Part shown: piece by piece, positions 31,151-39,048 of the stretch
Position numbering within the stretch: position 1 is the first letter of the stretch
Layout of the letters: every line of letters begins with the position of its first letter
Origin: an uncultured Alphaproteobacteria bacterium
Lineage (GTDB): Bacteria > Pseudomonadota > Alphaproteobacteria > CAAHEQ01 > UBA3637
Length of the DNA: 64,000 bases
Assembly: GCA_949292205.1 (NCBI GenBank)
Contig: CASEYR010000008.1
Location: forward strand, 14,382-78,381
Direction: 5' to 3'
Made by a program: the position numbers and the translations under genes
The notes under the pieces: model-generated
Databases searched by the model: none
Told to the model about the DNA's origin: nothing
What the model saw: only the letters and a program-made list of their open reading frames with translations

Positions 31151-31985
31151 GAGTCCGTTCAATAGACTTTTGCATACAGCGTAGTTGCTGACGCGTAACA
31201 CGTCCTTCAAATACAGTCGTTGCAGGACCGGTCATGAGAACACTCTTTTTTTCAGCGAGCCAAGAGACATCTAAGCAACCACCTAATAATTCAACCCGAG
31301 CAAAATCCTGACAATATTTTTCAGTAATGGCAGCCACCACAGAAGCACAAGCCCCTGTTCCGCAAGCCATCGTCTCGCCGGATCCACGTTCCCACACTCG
31401 CATTTTCAAGCAGTGATTATTTACAACCTCAACAAACTCAACGTTTGTGCGATTAGGAAATTCGGGTCTTATTTCAATTTCAGAGCCGATCCCCTTAACA
31501 TCAAAAGCAGCTACATTTTGAACAAAGACGACAAAATGAGGGTTGCCCATAGACACATTCATCCCCGAAATATCTAATCCGTTTTTCAACTTTAAGCACA
31601 AATGATCTCCGATAACAGGTGCGCCCATGTCCACTTGAACCGCTTGCACACGACCGTTTTTAACACTTAAGTTAAGTGTTTTAACTCCGGCAAGCGTTTC
31701 AACAGTTAAATTTTCTTTTTTAGTTAAGCCCTTATCATATACATACTTTCCGACACAGCGAATACCATTTCCGCACATTTCTCCTTCCGAGCCATCCGCA
31801 TTAAACATTCGCATCCGAAAATCGGCTTTTTCAGACGGGAGTATCACAATCACCCCATCAGATCCGATGCCTGTATGAGACGGACTAACAACTTTCGCCA
31901 AAGCCCCCCAATCTTGTTCTTTTTCCATCAACCCGTTAAGATAGATATAATCATTGCCCAAACCATGCATTTTAGTAAAGCGCAT
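31143..31985 (-). CDS. dapF: Diaminopimelate epimerase
   Basis: FTKMHGLGNDY, EMCGNGIRC, SMGNPH, VWERGSGETMACGTGA. Confidence 0.98.
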   Translation of the reverse strand: MRFTKMHGLGNDYIYLNGLMEKEQDWGALAKVVSPSHTGIGSDGVIVILPSEKADFRMRMFNADGSEGEMCGNGIRCVGKYVYDKGLTKKENLTVETLAGVKTLNLSVKNGRVQAVQVDMGAPVIGDHLCLKLKNGLDISGMNVSMGNPHFVVFVQNVAAFDVKGIGSEIEIRPEFPNRTNVEFVEVVNNHCLKMRVWERGSGETMACGTGACASVVAAITEKYCQDFARVELLGGCLDVSWLAEKKSVLMTGPATTVFEGRVTRQQLRCMQKSIERTHD

Positions 31986-32013
31986 AACAATTTCCTTTCA
32001 TAGAGATAAATTA

Positions 32014-32214
32014 TTAGTAATGAGGGGGTGGGGTTTCCTCGGACAGAGGCTTAACCAACGCTTCGGCGGAACGATCTTTCAATGCCTCAATTTTTTGATC
32101 CAATAGAGATAAAAGACGAGATAGACGCAAAACCTCAGCATTCAAATCATCCAGTATACGCTCTTGATTTGCCAAGAAAACCTCAATATCCACCAGTCGC
32201 TTTTCCAGATTCAT
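32014..32214 (-). CDS. slyX: SlyX family protein
   Basis: RL.DIE..LA.QE..LDDLN coiled coil, C-terminal ETPPPHY. Confidence 0.9.
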   Translation of the reverse strand: MNLEKRLVDIEVFLANQERILDDLNAEVLRLSRLLSLLDQKIEALKDRSAEALVKPLSEETPPPHY

Positions 32215-32227
32215 TTAAAACCTCGTA

Positions 32228-32258
32228 GAAAAAAGAGGTCTTTTATGACCTCTTTTTC
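32228..32258. terminator. Bidirectional-type terminator closing the Cys-rich export operon
   Basis: AAAAAGAGGTC-N6-GACCTCTTTTT stem. Confidence 0.8.
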
Positions 32259-32389
32259 CGTTAGCTATTACTCTGACTGAATAGTAGCACAATCAACTAA
32301 AGCACCGTTGCAAGCACAATCATCAGCCGCCTGAGCACAACTATGTTCATCGTTCAAGAATCGAACGTAAAGAGGACGCTGATAATAAG

Positions 32390-32465
32390 CCGTTGTCACG
32401 GGTCCGGCAGTCGTCACGGGTCCGGCAGTCGTCACGGGAGCCGTTGTCTCAGGAGCCGTTGTCGT
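32390..32465. repeat. 18-nt tandem repeats (TTAGPV/TTAPV-type)
   Basis: gtcacgggtccggcagtc twice plus 15-nt degenerate ggagccgttgtc units. Confidence 0.75.
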
Positions 32466-32659
32466 TGTCGGAGCCGTTGTTGTCGTTGTCGGTGTAGCCG
32501 TCGTTGTTGTTGAAAGTGGTCTAGAGAAACTTGTCACCGTTGAGTACTCATTACTGACAGGATTAGACACAGACGATCCTTTTGACGATGTTGACTCAAA
32601 CAACGGATAGGTTGTTCTTGGATACGTCGTTGAGGTCGACTCTGTCATGGTTGACGTTG

Positions 32660-33270
32660 TCGTTGAGTGTGACGTTGTCGACGGCAACGTTGAATACGAC
32701 GTTGAGTGTGACGTTGTCGACGGCAACGTTGAATACGACGTTGAGTGTGACGTTGTTGACGGCAACGTTGAATACGACGTTGAGTATGACGTTGTCGACG
32801 GCAACGTTGAATACGACGTTGAGTATGACGTTGTCGACGGCAACGTTGAATACGACTGTCGACGGCAACGTTGAATACGACGTTGAGTGTGACGTTGTTG
32901 ACGGCAACGTTGATACCTCTGTCATGGAAGAAATCGTTGACGGCAACGTTGAATACGACGTTGTTGACGGCGACGTTGAATATGACGTTGTTGACGGCGA
33001 CGTTGATACCTCTGTCACGGAAGAAACCGTTGACGGCAACGTTGAGTGTGACGTTGTTGACGGCGACGTTGAATACGACGTTGAGTATGACGTTGTTGAC
33101 GGCGACGTTGATACCTCTGTCACGGAAGAAATCGTTGACGGCGACGTTGATACCTCTGTTACGGAAGAAACCGTCGACGGCGACGTTGATACCTCTGTCA
33201 CGGAAGAAATCGTTGACGGCGATGTTGATACCTCTGTTACGGAAGAAACCGTCGACGGCGACGTTGAATC
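32660..33270. repeat. 39-nt coding tandem repeats of two unit types (STTSHSTSYSTLP and STSPSTVSSVTEV)
   Basis: Units gacggcaacgttgaatacgacgttgagtgtgacgttgtc and gacggcgacgttgatacctctgtcacggaagaaatcgtt, repeated and interleaved with partial units. Confidence 0.9.
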
Positions 33271-33780
33271 AGGCGGTGGCGTTGTTGTCGTTTGAATATC
33301 AGCACACTGACAAGACCCATCTATATACATCGGCATCTGACTGGGATGACATGTAACACATGATGGACAACATTGTGCCCTATTCTGCTGATCCGGAGCA
33401 TAACAACCACTGGGACAAGATACATCCCCACCGATAACACTGCTTGTTATTACATCACCCAGCGTTGAAATCACATCGCCTTGTATCGTGGTATCCCCTA
33501 ATATAGTAGAGGTTGTATCCCCCACAACAGTGGAAGATGTATCCCCAAGTGTTGTCGTGGAATCATCCGCAAATGTTGTCGTTTCAAAGAACGGCGTGGA
33601 TGACATACCACATCTGGGATCCGATGGATTTTCCTCACAATAACAGACGCATCGCCCGTCAACAAATCCAACCGGATCAAACTCACACTTGTCAGGCGCA
33701 CAACATACCTCTGCCGTCCATCCGACCTGTGACAAAATCAACGGGATGACCGCCACCCCTGCCATTAAAACGATACGCAT

Positions 33781-35022
33781 TTAATCCTCCTTTTGACGTC
33801 CCGATGTCGTCGGTGCCGCCTGCATAACATTTACCTGACGCACCAAACGGGGCGTTCCTTTGGGTTGTTTCAGGGTATAGATAAACTCTTTATTTTTAAT
33901 TGAATCCGTTAACAACTTTTCTGCCGGCGGAATAACCCTATCCAACTGGCGTTTTAATACCGTCAACACCTTTGCCCGATTTGGGGTCCATTGATTTTGG
34001 GATTTTAAATAATCCGGTTCATTGGCGATAGCCGATTTCAACACATCCAAACTCTTTTGTGCCCGTGTATATTGAATATACCGCATTTTTACCAATGATT
34101 CATACTCATGATCCACCATATCCAGATTAAGCAAAACCAAACTATCCACCACCTTCATTCGGCGATATTCGGAATGAAAGAAACAACCGGACGGGTCATC
34201 AATTTTTCCTGTTTCTATTTGTGAAACATCATAAATCGGATACCCCCATCGGGTTTGCATATCCCGTTTCCGTTCATCAACCAATTCGGCAGGAACTTCC
34301 GCCAACTTGTCCCCCGTAATTAAATACTTTTCGGGGATAAACTTGCCCCCGTATTCATTCCGATGAAACATATCCATATTCGGCACAAAGAACGGCACAT
34401 CAAATAAAAAGGACATATTTTCATTCACAACATCCCGCAGTGTTTCGGCATACGCCCGTTCATCAGGGGTAAATGTATTCAGGACTTTATCCGGTATTGT
34501 AAAAAACGGTTGCGCCCCTTGAACCGGTTCAAAAACCGCCATCATTTTACCGGCATCCAATTTAAAATGATACACGACAACGCGATTTTTATATAAACTT
34601 AACCGAAAGTCATCACCCCAATACAGCCCGCTTGCCCCCGGTCCCCAATACCAATTACCTTGATTCGCCCGAATCAAAGCCATATAATGCGGGGGAATTT
34701 TATCATAGTTAGAGGAAGCCTCCATTTTTTGATTAATATACGGTATTTTTTCAGGATCACGGGTCCGTCGCGGTGGGAAAGCAGCCGTTGCCAAATGTTT
34801 TGCAACAAAGTCATCTATACCGGTTAACGGGATATCAACGGATTCCGTTTTGGGACGGGATATCCCCTTGCCCATCCGTTGTCCCCCGACGGAAGCCAAC
34901 ATCACCCGATTTCTGGCGCCTGTCTGTCCCGTATATCTACCGGATGCCCCCATGACCGGTGTCGTCGTCATAACCGCCATTGCCAATAAACTTAACATCG
35001 TCTTTTTTGCCTGATATCCCAT
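33781..35022 (-). CDS. Hypothetical exported protein (413 aa)
   Basis: Signal-like N-terminus (KKTMLSLLAMAVM), SD AAGGAG, stop abuts next start; no family recognised. Confidence 0.8.
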   Translation of the reverse strand: MGYQAKKTMLSLLAMAVMTTTPVMGASGRYTGQTGARNRVMLASVGGQRMGKGISRPKTESVDIPLTGIDDFVAKHLATAAFPPRRTRDPEKIPYINQKMEASSNYDKIPPHYMALIRANQGNWYWGPGASGLYWGDDFRLSLYKNRVVVYHFKLDAGKMMAVFEPVQGAQPFFTIPDKVLNTFTPDERAYAETLRDVVNENMSFLFDVPFFVPNMDMFHRNEYGGKFIPEKYLITGDKLAEVPAELVDERKRDMQTRWGYPIYDVSQIETGKIDDPSGCFFHSEYRRMKVVDSLVLLNLDMVDHEYESLVKMRYIQYTRAQKSLDVLKSAIANEPDYLKSQNQWTPNRAKVLTVLKRQLDRVIPPAEKLLTDSIKNKEFIYTLKQPKGTPRLVRQVNVMQAAPTTSGRQKED

Positions 35023-35036
35023 GTTTTTACTCCTTT

Positions 35037-35885
35037 TTATTCGTCCTTAACTTCACCACATCCTGCCGGCACCCATTCACCGTTGTCATCTTTACCGGTA
35101 CACTTGGGGCAACATTCGCACGTTGTTACACCATCACCATCTTCATCATTACAATTATACAGCTCACCGGCACAACAGGCAGACTCACCAGCTCCATTCA
35201 CATACGCTTTTTCACCGTCCGGACAACCCTCGCACTTACCATCTTTAATGCTTGCCTTGTCACAACAAACGTATTCACCGGCATCATTTTTGGCAATGTC
35301 TTCACTGGCTTCACAACACAACGCCACCCCTTCCTTTTCACGCAATACTTCCGAGGCATCGCAACAATATTCTATTCCATTTGAACTTATATATGGAACT
35401 TCCCCATCCTTACAACACGAAGCCTTACATGACTTTGTTCCATCATCTTCCACACACACTTTGTTCGGAGATATACAACATGCCTCTATCCTAGAAGTAG
35501 GGGTTGGATTATACTTTTCCGCATCAGCTGGACAACAACCATATGTATAAGCTAAAACTCCAGATGGACATGTTCTAGTCCCCGCGATATACCATTGCAG
35601 TTCAGCACTATCATCATCACCACCACAGCACGGCGTTCCATCCGGCGCTAAATTTGAACAGAACAAACCGCCACAAGAAGATCGACAACACCCAGCATGT
35701 ACAGCACAATCATCTGCCCCAAAACAAACTTCTTTAGAACACTCCGAATATCCAGAGGGGCAGTTTATCACATCATCTTCTTCCGATGCATCAACTGGAC
35801 ATGCATCAAAAATCTGAGCACTGCCAGAAAAGCTATAAGCAATAAGAAACAATAGTACATATATCCATATCTTCATATACACCAT
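35037..35885 (-). CDS. Secreted cysteine-rich protein
   Basis: Signal peptide (MKIWIYVLLFLIAYSFSGSA), 36 Cys including 10 CC doublets by my count; alternative start 35876. Confidence 0.82.
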   Translation of the reverse strand: MVYMKIWIYVLLFLIAYSFSGSAQIFDACPVDASEEDDVINCPSGYSECSKEVCFGADDCAVHAGCCRSSCGGLFCSNLAPDGTPCCGGDDDSAELQWYIAGTRTCPSGVLAYTYGCCPADAEKYNPTPTSRIEACCISPNKVCVEDDGTKSCKASCCKDGEVPYISSNGIEYCCDASEVLREKEGVALCCEASEDIAKNDAGEYVCCDKASIKDGKCEGCPDGEKAYVNGAGESACCAGELYNCNDEDGDGVTTCECCPKCTGKDDNGEWVPAGCGEVKDE

Positions 35886-35889
35886 CCTA

Positions 35890-37416
35890 TTATTCAGAAA
35901 CTATATCTTCATTTTCATCTTCATTTTCATCTTCATTTTCATCTTCATTTACTTCAATACTAGAGCCTAAAACAGAACATGGTGGACTATAGTATCCTGT
36001 CCCTGATTTAGTAGATATGGCACAAACAACCGGATAATATTCTATCTTATCACATCCGCAATTAGCCGTCGGCTTCACACAGATGGGGGCAATCCTAGCT
36101 AGATGATGCGTCCACGATGGAGCACAACCATAAATCAAATAACTACATAGACCAGAATAATAAACCTCATTAGATAACAGTACCTCACCCGGTTTACAAG
36201 GAGAGCAAGCCTCATTCTGAGGAACACCGTTACAACAATACTGTCCCGCATTCAAACATGTTCTACCACACAAACCATGAACACAACACTGACCTGTATC
36301 AGATTTTTCACCATCGCAACTGCCGATTCCACCCATACCGGGCTCATCATTACCACTATTACCACCACTGCTGCCGCCATCTTCGACATCACAAAACTCA
36401 TTGTCCGGAAGACAAACATTTTCGCACTCATTCGTTCTATCAGGGCAAGAGCAATAGCTACCTGATTGTCCCTTAACCGTATAGGGGCAATCCTCTTTAC
36501 AACACCCATCTACGCACTCATACGGCCTATCCGTCGGGCATCCACCACACGACTCACCGTCCGGAATACAAACACCTTCGCAATCATACGTTCCATCAGG
36601 GCAAGAGCAATAGCTACCTGATTGTCCCTTAACCGTATAAGGACAATCCTCTTTACAACAATCGTCCTCACACTCATACGGTGTCGTTACAAGGCATCCG
36701 TCACCAGAACAGAATCCCGCATCATCACAATCATCGCAACACTTTAAATCCGACGGACACAAAATCGTCCCATACGAACATCCGCCCTGACAATCCGTTC
36801 CAAAGCACAAAATAAACGGTGTCCGAGCTTCCCCTTCGGGATTTTCAGCATTCGGTCGAGACGGACTCCGCTTTGCCGGATCCACAATCTCACAAAACGC
36901 ATCAACTTCATCCTCGTCAGAGGTTGTATATACAAATTTGTTTGAATCGCTCAACCTTGCCGATGTATACTCTAAATTTGCACGCAATAGCTTACGACAA
37001 ACATTCCATGTCATTTCCTCAACATAGACTTCAAATGTCTTTTTGTTAATAACATCAACAAAAATCTCGGCCCCCGTCGGCGTCGTAAAACCATAGATCG
37101 TTCCATCCGCTTCCGGTTCTAAAAAGGTAACACCGCTAATCACTTCTTTGATCGGGATCTGGATACGCCCCCCTGCCTCGGCACGTTCACCATACTTGTC
37201 CGTAATAAATCCCGTTCGCGATCCAACGATTGATTTAACAACCCAGTCAACGGTTTCATTTTCTTTATGGAGTTCAATAGCGTAATGGTATCCCCACAAT
37301 GCCGTTATAGACAAAACACCGACAATAGCCAGTGTTGCCAACATTTCAATCATGGTCCTACCCGATTCGCCTTTCAAATCACCTTGAAGCACGCGAAATC
37401 CCTTAAACATACCCAT
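35890..37416 (-). CDS. Type IV pilin-like protein with long Cys-rich C-terminal repeats
   Basis: Class III signal ESG|RTMIEMLATLAIVGVLSITALWGY (G-1, E+5), pilin-like head, then Cys-rich region and acidic EDEN tail. Confidence 0.85.
   Translation of the reverse strand: MGMFKGFRVLQGDLKGESGRTMIEMLATLAIVGVLSITALWGYHYAIELHKENETVDWVVKSIVGSRTGFITDKYGERAEAGGRIQIPIKEVISGVTFLEPEADGTIYGFTTPTGAEIFVDVINKKTFEVYVEEMTWNVCRKLLRANLEYTSARLSDSNKFVYTTSDEDEVDAFCEIVDPAKRSPSRPNAENPEGEARTPFILCFGTDCQGGCSYGTILCPSDLKCCDDCDDAGFCSGDGCLVTTPYECEDDCCKEDCPYTVKGQSGSYCSCPDGTYDCEGVCIPDGESCGGCPTDRPYECVDGCCKEDCPYTVKGQSGSYCSCPDRTNECENVCLPDNEFCDVEDGGSSGGNSGNDEPGMGGIGSCDGEKSDTGQCCVHGLCGRTCLNAGQYCCNGVPQNEACSPCKPGEVLLSNEVYYSGLCSYLIYGCAPSWTHHLARIAPICVKPTANCGCDKIEYYPVVCAISTKSGTGYYSPPCSVLGSSIEVNEDENEDENEDENEDIVSE
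35905..35950. repeat. 12-nt tandem repeat, nearly 4 copies (EDEN)
   Basis: atcttcattttc x3 plus partial copy. Confidence 0.85.
36400..36681. repeat. 156-nt internal duplication in pilin-like gene (52-aa module)
   Basis: atcagggcaagagcaatagctacctgattgtcccttaaccgtata at 36439 and 36595; peptide PYEC..xCCKEDCPYTVKGQSGSYCSCPD twice. Confidence 0.9.
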
Positions 37417-37460
37417 TGAGCACCCCCAAAAAAAGAATACTTTTATTTACTTTACTTTTG

Positions 37461-37488
37461 AGTATACCGCTTTTTTCAATTAATGCAA
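37461..37488 (-). promoter_or_regulatory. sigma70-like promoter of Cys-rich export operon
   Basis: Minus strand TTGCAT-N16-TATACT about 45 nt upstream of ATG 37416. Confidence 0.5.
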
Positions 37489-37508
37489 GGATTTTTTTTA
37501 TGTTTTTA

Positions 37509-37787
37509 CTAAAAAACCTCTCCGAAGCGATTATCCACCAAAAGACTTAGTGCTTCTACCGCTTGACCGGCGTCCTCACCCTCCGCCGTTATCTTAATTG
37601 TATCTCCCAAAGGGACTGCTAACATCAAAAGTCCCATTATGGATTTTCCGGAAGCACTCTGACCATCTTGCTTTTCTACGGAAATATCCGACCGAAACGT
37701 CTCGGCCACCTTGACAAATGCCGCTGTTGCACGAGCGTGAAGTCCTTTTAAATTCTGAATCTTTACCGTTCGAGTGACCGTGTCCAT
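37509..37787 (-). CDS. ptsH: Phosphocarrier protein HPr/NPr
   Basis: GLHARA (His15), KSIMGLLML (Ser46). Confidence 0.95.
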   Translation of the reverse strand: MDTVTRTVKIQNLKGLHARATAAFVKVAETFRSDISVEKQDGQSASGKSIMGLLMLAVPLGDTIKITAEGEDAGQAVEALSLLVDNRFGEVF

Positions 37788-38189
37788 CTAATTATCCAAT
37801 CTTAATAAATGTGACGCTATATTGATATACTTACGCCCCGCTTCCTGTGCTGCCAAAACAGCATCCGGAACAGTTTCTGTGCGTTCACGCATTAGCTTAA
37901 CCAACATCGGTATATTCATTCCGGACACAACCTCTATATTACACTCCTCCATAATAGAAATAGCTAAGTTAGACGGTGTCCCCCCAAACATATCCGTGAT
38001 AACAACTACACCATCCCCCGTATCAACAGCGGCTGTCTTTTCCAAGATCTCTCGTCTTTTTTGCTCCATATCGTCATCGGGGTTAATTCCCACACACTCA
38101 ACACCCGTTTGCGGACCAACAACATGCTGTGTTACCGCCAACATCTCTTGAGCTAACCGACCATGTGTTACTAAAACGATACCTATCAT
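37788..38189 (-). CDS. manX: PTS EIIA component, mannose/fructose type
   Basis: MIGIVLVTHG, TDMFGGTPSN, G.N.PML. Confidence 0.93.
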   Translation of the reverse strand: MIGIVLVTHGRLAQEMLAVTQHVVGPQTGVECVGINPDDDMEQKRREILEKTAAVDTGDGVVVITDMFGGTPSNLAISIMEECNIEVVSGMNIPMLVKLMRERTETVPDAVLAAQEAGRKYINIASHLLRLDN

Positions 38190-38192
38190 TAT

Positions 38193-38660
38193 TTACTCCT
38201 TTTCAATCAATGTTGTCGTCAATTTTAATTTTTGCATTGACAACTGCATGATAGTCCATGCTTGATCTACCAAAGCCGGATGACTTTTCCAAAGTCGATA
38301 AGCCGGCACTTTATGCTCCCCCAAAAACTCGATATTTTGCTCAGGCAATCGCTCTGGGCATTCATCTACCAACTCAATAACCGCTGCAACAGGAGCATTT
38401 GCACAAACCTTAAATCCAGACACTATCCCGATTGAACGAACTTCCAAACAACCGATACCACGTTCCGGCAAAACTGCCAGTAAATCTGTTCCGCTCTCAG
38501 TAAGCTGCGTTACATCATCCGAAACCAACAAAGCCCCTCGATATATGAGTTGAAGAGCCAACGAAGACTTTCCCGAACCAGACCTCCCCCGAATCAGAAA
38601 AGCATGATTATCCAAACAAATACTTGTTGCAGCAATCTGTTGTGCAAAGGAAGCCTTCAT
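38193..38660 (-). CDS. hprK: HPr kinase/phosphorylase, short alphaproteobacterial type
   Basis: [33 protein letters not shown]; adjacent to EIIA and HPr. Confidence 0.9.
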   Translation of the reverse strand: MKASFAQQIAATSICLDNHAFLIRGRSGSGKSSLALQLIYRGALLVSDDVTQLTESGTDLLAVLPERGIGCLEVRSIGIVSGFKVCANAPVAAVIELVDECPERLPEQNIEFLGEHKVPAYRLWKSHPALVDQAWTIMQLSMQKLKLTTTLIEKE

Positions 38661-38682
38661 CCGACACCTCTCAACTTAGGTT

Positions 38683-38759
38683 TGGCGTTCTCGGCGGGAG
38701 TCGAACCCACGGCCCCAGGATTAGGAATCCTGTGCTCTATCCATCTGAGCTACGAGAAC
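38683..38759 (-). tRNA. tRNA-Arg (CCU)
   Basis: GTTCTCG acceptor, anticodon loop TTCCTAA, GGTTCGAC T loop, encoded CCA. Confidence 0.96.
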
Positions 38760-38770
38760 TGAATCCCTCC

Positions 38771-39031
38771 CTACTCTTTGTTTAGATATTCACAGAACAT
38801 CCGAACAATAACAAAGTTAACAACAATTAAAATCAGCTCTAACAAGAAAACTGTGAAACCGTTCTTAAATAAAGAAACGAACGCCCCAAAGACAGCAAGA
38901 GCCAGCACAAACATCAAAACGAAATAAATTGCCTTGGCATATGGCTTTAATTTCGGAGCCATACTAACCGTCAAAACAGGTTCCAATGTTAAGAATTGTT
39001 GCAAAGCTGCTTTCATTTGTTCCTTATCCAT
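38771..39031 (-). CDS. Small two-TM membrane protein
   Basis: 86 aa, two hydrophobic helices, RMFCE ending; SD GAGGAG. Confidence 0.75.
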   Translation of the reverse strand: MDKEQMKAALQQFLTLEPVLTVSMAPKLKPYAKAIYFVLMFVLALAVFGAFVSLFKNGFTVFLLELILIVVNFVIVRMFCEYLNKE

Positions 39032-39048
39032 TTTTTTTCTCCTCTTGT

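Larger units (their letters stand above)
32268..33780 (-). pseudogene. Secreted mucin-like Cys-rich/Ser-Thr-Pro protein, frameshifted at about 32856 (about 504-508 aa if restored)
   Basis: Signal peptide, two Cys clusters and S/T repeats in ORF 32596-33780 continue in ORF 32268-32843 (same repeats, Cys-rich end); junction lacks 2 (or 14) nt relative to neighbouring repeats. Real frameshift or assembly error unresolved. Confidence 0.75.

Noticed and set aside
32660-33270. 39-nt repeats as a CRISPR array
   Set aside because: Units are contiguous with no unique spacers, vary at codon positions, and no cas genes are present
32582-33356. Plus-strand ORFs with VDGDVEYDV / TLLTATL repeats
   Set aside because: Antisense shadows of the Ser/Thr repeat array; signal peptide, operon context and terminator support the minus strand
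29534-38759. tRNA-anchored integrative island between tRNA-Glu and tRNA-Arg
   Set aside because: No integrase, transposase or duplicated tRNA 3' end; region includes core genes
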